Below, piece after piece: positions 35,965 to 45,900 of a stretch of 64,000 bases of DNA (its first letter is position 1; the number at the start of each line of letters is the position of its first letter). Source of the stretch: a virus (taxonomy: Duplodnaviria; Heunggongvirae; Uroviricota; Caudoviricetes); the IMG/VR virus record IMGVR_UViG_3300002835_000064, one strand, 5' to 3'. Under the pieces are notes generated by a model. The model saw only the letters and a list, made by a program, of their open reading frames with translations. It was not told where the DNA came from and did not search any database. The translations under genes and the position numbers were made by a program.

Positions 35965-37365
35965 ATGATTACAGAATTAAACGAAAACTGGGGTGATCTT
36001 AAAAGCAAATTGCTTGAAGGTTTACCAGAAAACAAACGCAAAATGGTTGCACCTTTATTAGAAAACCAAAAACAAATGCTGACGGAAACAGCTGCTGATG
36101 GTTCTACAAGTGCTTCTGCAATTGCAGGCTTACGTAAAATTATGATTCCAATGATTCGCCGGGTTATTCCTAATGCGATTGCAACTGAGTTAGTTGGTGT
36201 TCAACCAATGACCGGTCCAGTTGGATTAGTTTATTCTATGCGTTTAAAATATCAAGATTCAATTGCGGCACCTAGTGCATTTAGTGATATCGATGGTGGT
36301 ATTGGTGCAATTGATACAGCAACTGACTCAGAAGCGTTCGGTAACGTTAATTTGATCCGTCGTTTTTATTCTGGTCAAATTGGCGGTGCTCAAACTGCTG
36401 GTACTGGTGGTTTTGGTGGTGGTACTTTCTCAAGCGCTACTGCACCATCTGGTACAGGTTGGGGTTCAGCTTTAGATGCAACTGCCGGTGCTACTATCAC
36501 TGGTTTAGGCGCAACTGGTCCGTTATACGGCGGTGGTGGTACTTACTTAGAAGGTTCAGGTGGTCGTCGTTTTGGTATGGAAATCGTATCACAAGCGGTT
36601 GAAGCTAACTCACGTAAATTACAAGCTAGCTGGACTGTTGAAGCAATGCAAGATTTGTCTTCGCAACACGGTTTAGATATCGAAAACGAAATGACACAAG
36701 CTATGTCAGCTGAAATCGTTCAAGAGATTGATAATGAAATCATCACTGACTTATTGTCATTAGCTGGTACTATTTCAACATTTGATGGTTCAGTTCCTGC
36801 AGCAGCTGGTTACTACAAACCAACATTCGTCGGTGATCGTTTAGCTAACTTAGGCGTTCAAATCAACTATGTAGCGAATGAGATTGGTCGTAGAACACGT
36901 CGTAATTCAGCAAACTGGATCGTTGTTTCTCCAATGATCGTTTCTGTATTGCAAACAGCTTCTAAATCAGTTTTTGCACCTGCAGTTGAAGGTTCATTCC
37001 AAGGTCCAAACAATACAAAATTGGTTGGTACTTTAAATGGTCAAATCAAAGTTTACAGCTACTTGTGGAACAACGTTCGTTCAACTGATGCATTAGCATC
37101 TGGTTTATATTCACAAGGTACAGGCGATGATGCTATCTTAGTTGGTTATAAAGGTGGTAATGGCGAAACTGATACAGGTTATTTCTACTGTCCATATATT
37201 CCATTGATGTCTTCTGGTATCATTATGAATCCATCAACAACTCAACCAATGATTTCATTGATGACACGTTATGGTAAAGCATCATTTACTGATCGTCGTA
37301 GTTCATTAGCTAACAGCTCTGACTACTATGGTAAATTGACTGTTACTAACTTAAGCTTACAATAA
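35965..37365 (+). CDS. 23: major capsid protein, T4 gp23 family
   Basis: LLEGLPENKRKMVAPLLENQK, MIPMIRRVIPNAIATELVGVQPMTGPVGLVYSMRLKY and C-terminal YFYCPYIPLMS...TRYGKA align with T4 gp23 (VMGMVRRAIPNLIAFDICGVQPMNSPTGQVFALRAVY ... IYYAPYVAL...KTRYGIG). Confidence 0.85.
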   Translation: MITELNENWGDLKSKLLEGLPENKRKMVAPLLENQKQMLTETAADGSTSASAIAGLRKIMIPMIRRVIPNAIATELVGVQPMTGPVGLVYSMRLKYQDSIAAPSAFSDIDGGIGAIDTATDSEAFGNVNLIRRFYSGQIGGAQTAGTGGFGGGTFSSATAPSGTGWGSALDATAGATITGLGATGPLYGGGGTYLEGSGGRRFGMEIVSQAVEANSRKLQASWTVEAMQDLSSQHGLDIENEMTQAMSAEIVQEIDNEIITDLLSLAGTISTFDGSVPAAAGYYKPTFVGDRLANLGVQINYVANEIGRRTRRNSANWIVVSPMIVSVLQTASKSVFAPAVEGSFQGPNNTKLVGTLNGQIKVYSYLWNNVRSTDALASGLYSQGTGDDAILVGYKGGNGETDTGYFYCPYIPLMSSGIIMNPSTTQPMISLMTRYGKASFTDRRSSLANSSDYYGKLTVTNLSLQ

Positions 37366-37393
37366 AATCTAATTTTATAAATTAGCTTAATCA

Positions 37394-37427
37394 AAACCCG
37401 CTTGATGAAAATCAAGCGGGTTTTTTA
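37394..37427 (+). terminator. strong rho-independent terminator after gene 23
   Basis: aaacccgcttgat-gaaa-atcaagcgggttt followed by TTTTTT. Confidence 0.7.
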
Positions 37428-37486
37428 TTGCCTAATTAGTTGGTTAATTTATAACGGGTAATAAATATAACTTATATTAAGTAATA

Positions 37487-38209
37487 ATGGATAATAACAC
37501 TCATATGATTATCGATAAATTAAATACATTAATGGGTACTAGTACATCCCATATAATTCAAAATACTACTAATGCTTTATATGCCACCGCAACGTTTACT
37601 GATGGGTTAATTTTACTAACCGATAATCCATATAAGTTATATAAAAAAACTGGCGGAACTAAAACTGCAGTAGCTGAACCAACTAATACTGACGTAGTTA
37701 ATGCAACCGTTAATATGATGCAGCCTGATGGTTATATAGGCGTAACTATCGATGATATAATAGATCCTACGTGGCCACCGAAAATCCCAAATAGTAGAAC
37801 GTATGTTTGTAATTCATTTACAACATTATTTGGATTAACTGGTATTAAAAAAGGTGAAATTGCCATAATCGGTGATTATACGTATTTGTTAATAACGTTT
37901 AATTATCGAAATACTGCAGATTGGATCCAATTAAAATCCAGAATAACTGATTTTACTTTAATTTCAGGATTCACTAAAGATAATGTTGGTTTGCCAAACG
38001 CAGATAATACTTCAGATTTGAATAAACCTATTAGCACGGCGACCCAAACGGCTTTAGGGTTAAAAGCAGATCAAACAGCAATGGCGACTGCTTTAGGATT
38101 AAAATCAGATAAATCAACAACATATACAAAAACCGAAGTCGATTCATTATTGGCAGCAAAACAAACACAAATAACGGCATTGCAAACAGCGGTAGCTGCA
38201 TTGCAATAA
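37487..38209 (+). CDS. fibre / fibritin-like protein (240 aa) with C-terminal coiled-coil
   Basis: C-terminus TATQTALGLKADQTAMATALGLKSDKSTTYTKTEVDSLLAAKQTQITALQTAVAALQ resembles fibre shaft/trimerisation repeats. Confidence 0.5.
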   Translation: MDNNTHMIIDKLNTLMGTSTSHIIQNTTNALYATATFTDGLILLTDNPYKLYKKTGGTKTAVAEPTNTDVVNATVNMMQPDGYIGVTIDDIIDPTWPPKIPNSRTYVCNSFTTLFGLTGIKKGEIAIIGDYTYLLITFNYRNTADWIQLKSRITDFTLISGFTKDNVGLPNADNTSDLNKPISTATQTALGLKADQTAMATALGLKSDKSTTYTKTEVDSLLAAKQTQITALQTAVAALQ

Positions 38210-38266
38210 TAAAATTTTAGCAATTAATACTCGTTTGGGTATTTAACATACAAGGATATAATTAAT

Positions 38267-41200
38267 ATGTTAGTAGATGGGTTTAAATTCATTGATGGTT
38301 CCACTTCGGTTAATTTTGTATTACCGGTAATGTCTAAACTCGACCGTTTAGCTATGACCTCGTTAGATATGGGTGAAATTGTTTACCAATATGATGGTGA
38401 TGCTACTGCTGAAAGTGGGTTATACTTATGGTCTACCACTGCAGGTTGGGAACGATTTGGTTCAGGAACTTTAGATATATCTAAAATGCAAACCGGTAGA
38501 TTGCTACCTAGCTTTAATTCACCAATTTCTGGTGATATGGAATCTTCGGTAGATGGAACTAATTTAAAATTAGAGTTAAAATCGCATACTATCCCAGATG
38601 GTGATTTACAAGCGGATGGCTTAGCTGAATATAATTTCGTTAAAGTAAATACTAAAGGTTTAGTTGTTAGTGGTGCAAAATATACGGATATTAGACGAAC
38701 TGGTATTACGAATGTTTACACTGCAGATGAAATTAATACTAAACTTGCCGGTTACTTATCAACAAGCCAAAAAAATGTTGATGGTGGTTATGTAGCTTGC
38801 GTTAATGGTAAAATTGATCCAACCATGTTACCAGTTTATTCATCTGGTGGTGATATTATTTCAGTCGGTGGAACTTTACGATTAATTTCTAGAGGTATTG
38901 ATGCATCTAAAAAATACGATCGTGTTATTTTAAATGATGCTGGGGTCGTAGTTAGCGCAGAACAATATCACTCTATTTCTGAAGTTGCACCAGATGCAGT
39001 TACTGCGGCTGAGTTTAATGTTTTATCTAATAGTGCAATTAAAACGACACAAAAAAATCAACCAAATGGTTACGTTTCATTAGAGCCAAATGGTAAAATT
39101 AATGCATCATTTTTACCGAGTATTACGACTAATAATATTCAAGTTATTGCATTAGACGCGGATCTTATTAATGTAGTAAGTCAGGTTGGTGATGTTGTTC
39201 TTACTTTAGATCAACGTAAAACTTATATTAGACGACATGTTTCATCTCCAGTTGCGATAGGTGATTGGGTTGAATTATTGCAACCGGTTAGCCAAGTTAG
39301 CTCAATTAATAATAAAGCCGGAACTATATCGCGTTTAGATTATGATGATATCAATAATTTAGCAGAATCAGCTCGAGTTGATACAACAAATGCTAGTTTA
39401 ATTTCTAAAGGAACGTTATCTGTTGGTAGATTACCTCTATTTTGGGGTGATGTTGAATCAGTCGCCGGTAGTAATGAATTGACATTAAAACAAAAAAGTT
39501 TACTTCCAGGCTGGTATAATTCAGTTCATGTCGATAATAAAGGTTTAGTTTATGAAGGTGAACTTAAATCAACTATCGCCGATCTTGGTATTAAAGACGT
39601 TTATAATAAAACCGAAATTGACTCACAATCATTAGCATTCGAACGTTTATATAATAAAAATAGAGCAAATGGTTATGCTGGGTTAAATGCAGACGGCTTA
39701 ATTAATACAAATCAATTACCACCTTTATCAATTACTAATGTTCATTTAATTGATGTTAAATTAGATGCAGTTAATTTAACTAATGCTAAAAAAGGTGATG
39801 TTGCTATTGCAAATACTGATAAAAAATCATATATTTTGATTGATAGTGATTATGCAAATCAATATAATTGGCAACCATTATTAACCCCAGAAACTGGAGT
39901 TATTTCAATTAATGGTAAAAAAGGTAGTTTGCGCTATTTGGAAGCTGCTGATATTAATGGTTTATCTCGATCAGCAATAGTTGATACGACAAATGCATCT
40001 AATATTACATCTGGAAAATTAATTCCTGCAGTGTTACCTGATTTTACTGGCGATGTTATTTCATCTAACGGTACCGTTTTAAAATTAACTGATAAATTTT
40101 TAGTTGATCCAGCTGTTAAATTTAATTGGGTTCGAGTCGGTAAAGATGGTCGTGTTTATGACGGCGGTGCGTACAATACTATTAGTGAAGCTTGTGCTGA
40201 TGCCGTATCAACAACCGAATTATCAAATCAATTGCAAAATTATGTTTTAGCAAAAGATTATAATTTACCAGGAACTTACGCTCGATTAGGCAATGACGGT
40301 AAAATTGATATTCATTTATTACCTGATTTAGCATTAACTGATACTTTTGTTATTAGTGATGATATTTCAACTTATGATGGATATGTCGTCGGTAATACAG
40401 CAAGCGATCTTAGTTTACAATCAGTTCTAAAAAAATTAAATGGCTTTTCACCATCTAATTTAACTGGTCATAATTACGGAACTACCATTCCAAATAAAGG
40501 TGACGTTGTTATTGCTCAAGCCGCATCAAGAACTTTCATCTTAGCTGATAATTCATTATATGACGGCGCTTGGAAAGAAATGTTATCTCCTATGGATGGG
40601 GTATTTACTATTGGGGCTGGGGCTGATTTACAAAAAGGTTATATTAATAAAATTAAAGTTGCTAATATTGATGGTTTAGCTCCATCTGCTACTATTAATA
40701 CAACAAACGCTACTAATATCACAACTGGAACTTTAGCATTTGAAAGATTACCAGTTTTTGATAGCGAAACTGTCGCATTTAATAGAAATAATGTAGCAAT
40801 GTCGCCTGATTTCGTTCATAGCGATGTTTCATCTTATTCTAGTAAATATCCAAATTTATTAATATTAAATGATGTTTCTTCATTGAATAATATAGACGCA
40901 TCAAAAACGTATACTAAAGTTAAATTTAATAAAAAAGGTTTAATCGTCGATGCATCAAACCCAACAACATTAAATGGTTATGATATTACCGATGCTATTT
41001 GGCAATCACAAATTCATAATACAACCATTAAACGTAATATTGCTGGTAATCCATTAGATGTGAATAATGTTATTATTCCAACTGATGCAAATGGTAAAAT
41101 AGCAACTGGTGATTTGCATAAAGCGGTTATATTAACTAATGGATCAACTCCATTAAAAGGTATTGCGGAATTAGATGCAAATAACTACATTATGTTAGAT

Positions 41201-42802
41201 CAAATTCCATTCTCAGTTGGTGCTCATGTTGTTTGGAGTGATATTCCAGATCGCCCTCGCGGAACTTCGGTTGATTATAATGTCGGTTCACAATCATCAT
41301 CTAAAGGCGTATTTGCATTAGACGGAACTACCATCGATCCAGTTACTAATTTAGCTATTAAACCAGAAGTTGTTTTAGGTAATGATTATCGTTTAACTGA
41401 CGATCGTTATCCAACCGCACATAAACATGCATGGGATGATATTAATAATGGTATAGTAAATACTGATGCTGCATATAGAACTTTACCTGAATTAATGGAT
41501 GGTAAATTAATTAATGGTGTTTTAACTGGCGGTAAAGCAGATAAGTCAGAATTGCGAGATGCTATTGAAAATATTACTGGTGTCTATACCTATATAGATG
41601 AAAATGCAGCAGACGGTTCAACTTCAACAGTTCCAGCTTTGGGTAATTATGATACTTTAGCTAGATTGTACGGTTGGATTATGGGTAAAGTAAAAGAAGT
41701 TGTTATTGATAATAATAGCGATATTTTAACTACTCAACTTGATTTATCAGTAAAAGCACCATTTACATTATTCGTCAAACATGATGATAATGATCCAGAT
41801 CAAAACAATTGGGCGTTATATAGAGTTTTTAAAATTAAAACCGTCGGCTCTATTAGTACTATCGAAAGTTTAAATGATATAACTAAAGTAACTGATAATA
41901 GTTTATATACCGCATTATCAGATCAAACATTTAAAGAAAAATATAATACTTTAACAGGTTGGAATACTGATAGTAATCATAAACGTATCGAAGTAACTGC
42001 AATGGCCGGTGATGCGAATATTGCGATTACAGATGGTGAATATTATAAATGGTATATTAGTACATTATCAGCCAAAAAACGTCCAGTATTTGAAGATTGG
42101 GCTAAAGCACCTTATTTTGAATCAACTACAACCGTTGCTGGTGAAGCACCACTTAAAGTTGCATCTAAAGTAAAAGTCGATAATTTTAATACTGATTTAA
42201 TTAACGGTGTTCAAGTCGGACCAACCCCAACTGCTGAAAATTTAGTGTTAGTAACTAAAGCTCCAGTTGCTGGTCAAACTATTACTTCAGAATGGAAAGC
42301 TCATATTAATGGCGGTGAGAATTTTACATCAGGAACAGTAAATCATGTTCCTTATGTTAGTGCTGCATATACTATGAATTCTATGACTGGCGTTACATAT
42401 AATTCAACTGATGATGTATTAACTATCGCAAAATCAGAATTGACTTATACTAAGTTTAAAGGTTATAGTGAAACTGTTATTAAAACCGCGGCTAATACTT
42501 TAACAATTGATTTAACTGCAGCTACGGTATTTAAATTAAATGCGAATTCCGATAATATTACTATCGCATTCCATTCTAATTTTACAATGACAATGGCGGC
42601 CGGTAGATCATTTACTATTATTCTTAAATATGGTAACTATCCAAACGGTAATACAATAACTTGGCCATCTCAAGTTATTTGGACTGAAAATAATACCAGA
42701 CCAACACCGTCTGGCGCTAACGCAACTGATATTTTTAATTTTATTTGTGATGGTGATTATGTTTACGGTAGTATTTCAGGTCAGTTGTATAATGCAAACT
42801 AA
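38267..42802 (+). CDS. long tail fibre protein (1511 aa)
   Basis: N-terminal domain shared with the fibres at 53350 and 54962; recurring modules (VDTTNAS..I..G.L....LP.F.GDV.S..G...L.L.); R-x-TD-D-R-x-P-x-x-H-K-H motif (YRLTDDRYPTAHKHAWDDI). Confidence 0.7.
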   Translation: MLVDGFKFIDGSTSVNFVLPVMSKLDRLAMTSLDMGEIVYQYDGDATAESGLYLWSTTAGWERFGSGTLDISKMQTGRLLPSFNSPISGDMESSVDGTNLKLELKSHTIPDGDLQADGLAEYNFVKVNTKGLVVSGAKYTDIRRTGITNVYTADEINTKLAGYLSTSQKNVDGGYVACVNGKIDPTMLPVYSSGGDIISVGGTLRLISRGIDASKKYDRVILNDAGVVVSAEQYHSISEVAPDAVTAAEFNVLSNSAIKTTQKNQPNGYVSLEPNGKINASFLPSITTNNIQVIALDADLINVVSQVGDVVLTLDQRKTYIRRHVSSPVAIGDWVELLQPVSQVSSINNKAGTISRLDYDDINNLAESARVDTTNASLISKGTLSVGRLPLFWGDVESVAGSNELTLKQKSLLPGWYNSVHVDNKGLVYEGELKSTIADLGIKDVYNKTEIDSQSLAFERLYNKNRANGYAGLNADGLINTNQLPPLSITNVHLIDVKLDAVNLTNAKKGDVAIANTDKKSYILIDSDYANQYNWQPLLTPETGVISINGKKGSLRYLEAADINGLSRSAIVDTTNASNITSGKLIPAVLPDFTGDVISSNGTVLKLTDKFLVDPAVKFNWVRVGKDGRVYDGGAYNTISEACADAVSTTELSNQLQNYVLAKDYNLPGTYARLGNDGKIDIHLLPDLALTDTFVISDDISTYDGYVVGNTASDLSLQSVLKKLNGFSPSNLTGHNYGTTIPNKGDVVIAQAASRTFILADNSLYDGAWKEMLSPMDGVFTIGAGADLQKGYINKIKVANIDGLAPSATINTTNATNITTGTLAFERLPVFDSETVAFNRNNVAMSPDFVHSDVSSYSSKYPNLLILNDVSSLNNIDASKTYTKVKFNKKGLIVDASNPTTLNGYDITDAIWQSQIHNTTIKRNIAGNPLDVNNVIIPTDANGKIATGDLHKAVILTNGSTPLKGIAELDANNYIMLDQIPFSVGAHVVWSDIPDRPRGTSVDYNVGSQSSSKGVFALDGTTIDPVTNLAIKPEVVLGNDYRLTDDRYPTAHKHAWDDINNGIVNTDAAYRTLPELMDGKLINGVLTGGKADKSELRDAIENITGVYTYIDENAADGSTSTVPALGNYDTLARLYGWIMGKVKEVVIDNNSDILTTQLDLSVKAPFTLFVKHDDNDPDQNNWALYRVFKIKTVGSISTIESLNDITKVTDNSLYTALSDQTFKEKYNTLTGWNTDSNHKRIEVTAMAGDANIAITDGEYYKWYISTLSAKKRPVFEDWAKAPYFESTTTVAGEAPLKVASKVKVDNFNTDLINGVQVGPTPTAENLVLVTKAPVAGQTITSEWKAHINGGENFTSGTVNHVPYVSAAYTMNSMTGVTYNSTDDVLTIAKSELTYTKFKGYSETVIKTAANTLTIDLTAATVFKLNANSDNITIAFHSNFTMTMAAGRSFTIILKYGNYPNGNTITWPSQVIWTENNTRPTPSGANATDIFNFICDGDYVYGSISGQLYNAN

Positions 42803-42823
42803 TTAATAGTTTCGTATTCTATT

Positions 42824-42856
42824 AAATGGGGTTAATTATATTAACCCCATTTTTTA
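42824..42856 (+). terminator. rho-independent terminator after the 1511-aa fibre gene
   Basis: aaatggggttaat-tat-attaaccccattt followed by TTT. Confidence 0.55.
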
Positions 42857-42941
42857 TGCCCTCGATAAATCAATTTTACCCATAAATAACATATTATGAC
42901 TAATTAGTACTTACCTTAAGTCCCATTCATTATGAGTAATT

Positions 42942-45900
42942 ATGTTTATATCTAAACCCCTATTAAATACTAGATTATTTACTGCCGCCACTATATTATT
43001 ACCATCAGATCCGTTACCGGCGGTTGTAGCTTCTGTTTTTTCGTATTCGCCTATAGATACATTAACGGTTAGAGGCGGAACTAAATATCGGGCAGATAAT
43101 GGAATACATCCATATCGATATAAATTAGTTGGATCTAATGATGTTGGTATTACTATCGATGAGTTTACTGGTGCAATAACAGGAACTATATCTCGAATTA
43201 ATGCTAAATTTTTAAATATAACATTAAGATTAGAAGTCGCGGATTTCCATAATATTCGAGCTAATTTTAATGATCCTATTGTTAATTTAGGAACAAAAAA
43301 ATATTGCACTATCGATATTAAAGTTTCATGGCCTGCCATAGTCGTTACTACACCAGCAAATAAAGCAACATTAAATAAAAATATGGATGATACTGTTAGT
43401 TTCAATCCATTTACTTATGCTGACGGTCATTATGATATAGTCGGTGGTGCAAGTGCGGGTGGGACTTTTGCTGATGCCGATTTTAAATATTATTTCGACT
43501 CGGAAAGTTTACAATTAGCGTTTCCCGAAGCAGTCCACGGTTCAGCTTTTTTTAATACTATAACCGAAACTTCGTTCGGTGATTTAATTTTAAATCCAGA
43601 TACTGGTGAAATTACTGGGCGATTAAATCATTATTTTAATCCTATGTTTAATCATACAGCCGGAACGAAGAATATGACGTTACCGGTATTCGTTCGAGAT
43701 AAATTTAGAAATAGCAGTAATGTTATTAACGTTCAATTTAATTTAACTTTAGAGCCGATTGCGATTATACCTGCACCACCTATTGATATTCATGTTACGG
43801 ATGGTAACCCAACTGATATATCTATACCGATAACTAATGGTAACGGTAATGGTGGTGTTGGGCCTTTTGATTATACATTTAATGATAATAGATTAACTGA
43901 TGAAGGTTTTAGAATTGTAACCGGAGATGATGGTGTTACTCGATTAGTAAGAGATGATGCTAGTTCTGGAGGTACTGGCGGATCAGGAGGTACTGGTGGA
44001 TCAGGAGGTACTGGTGGATCGGGAGGTACTGGTGGATCAGGAGGTACTGGTGGATCAGGAGGTACTGGTGGATCAGGTGGATCAGGTGGTACTGGAGGAA
44101 CTGGTGGATCAGGTGGATCAGGTGGTACTGGAGGAACTGGTGGATCTGGAGGAACTGGTGGATCAGGAGGTACTGGCGGAACTGGTGGAACTGGCGGAAC
44201 TAGTTCGACTATAACTGTTACCGACGGAGCTGGTCAAACCACAACTATAACGATTTGGGTTGAAGTCGTACCTGATATCGTATTAACAGCAACTAATCAA
44301 ACTATTATATTAGTAGTAAATGATCCATTAAGTTATTATGATGATAATTCTAAATCATATTATAACAAATATGTTTTAGATCCGTTTAATGGCACGACGG
44401 GTGGGTATCCAGTAAGTACCGCCGGCGGAGTTAGTGTTTATAAATCATATACTAGTTCGAATGTTTCTGTCCCGATCGGTTTAACCACTGGTATAGTAAC
44501 TAGAACATCATCGTTTGCAAATCCTAGCACCGATGGTTCGACTAAAAGTATTTTTACATTAACTGATAATTATGGGTTTACTAAAACTATCACCCATACA
44601 TATTTAATTTATCCAGCATTAGCCGCTTCGGTCGTTACTAGTTTACCATTAAAGGGTAATAATACGCAGTATAGAACTAAATCATTTTATAATGAATCAT
44701 CATTAGCTATATTCGAACCAATTACAGTAACAGCCGGTTCTGGTTCATATGTTTATCATATAAAAAGTACGACTGACGGTGCTATTATAAACGGAACTAC
44801 AACCGATACAACCGACAAATATCAATTAGATATTAGAACTGGCGAATTATCATCAATTACGCAAGTTACTGGCGTCGGTCAAAAATTAATTGAAATTGAA
44901 GTTACCGATACTATCACTAAACGGGTAGTTAATGGATTATTTGTTCAACTATCCGTCGATTATAAACCATTTATTGTTGTTGATAACCCGGTCACGATAC
45001 CGGCGACCGAAACTATTCGAGGAAGTGCGTCTACTTATACTCCGAATACTATAACTAGTGGTAATGGTTCTTATACTTGGACCGTATCGGTCGAATCAAC
45101 GAATTCTCATAATACGACAGATTATGGTAATGTTTCTATCGATGCTAGTGGTATTGTTACTTATACTCCACCAATAACGTTACCGTCGGATATAAGAACT
45201 AATCCATCGGTTAATATAACAGTTACAGTTACTGATGTCGCATTAAGTGATTTACCGTCCGGAACACATACATATACATTTACCAGACCATTAGCATTAC
45301 CGGCAAATACTCCAGGAACTATTATATTAACTGGAGCTATTTCGGGTGCATATTATTCAGATACTGCAATTACTGCATCACTATCTGATTTCGATGATGT
45401 TGTTGGTAATGTTATTTGGTCTTTAATTCCATCTAATAATGCGGCACCGACTATAAATCAAACATTAGATAATGCATCAAGCGTTACTTACAATTCTAGT
45501 GTCGGGACTGACGTTACAGTAACCGCGACATATACCGATACCTTAGCTTCTAATCAAAGAGCTCAAACAACATTTAATATAAGACAAAGTTCAACCAAAA
45601 TAACAGATTTACCGACTGACGGTCCGTTCATAGATTATCCAGTTCCGCCGGGTATTATATCGATTGATGTCATCGTAAATGGTGGCGGTGGTGGTGGCGG
45701 TGGCTGGGATTTATTAACCGGAGGTGATGGTTGCGATGGTGATTCTATCACTGCCACTTTCGATGTTAATGTCGGTGAAAATCTACAAATTTATATTGGT
45801 GCTGGTGGTGCTGGCGGTACAGTTGTATACGACCAATTCCATTGGGATCAAATCAATAGAATACCGAATGATAAATTACCAAATATTATAAATCCAGCTA

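Noticed and set aside
36280-36570. Gly-rich segment of the major capsid protein as a possible insertion domain
   Set aside because: Its length is comparable to the corresponding variable region of T4 gp23 between the conserved blocks; it is divergent rather than inserted
42911-43405. Minus-strand ORF 42911-43405 overlapping the start of the adhesin gene
   Set aside because: Antisense to the conserved paralog N-module, which is supported by three colinear copies
43966-44207. Possible CRISPR array (regular short repeats)
   Set aside because: The units are directly tandem with no spacers, in frame, and encode a Gly/Ser/Thr linker; this is a coding repeat, not CRISPR
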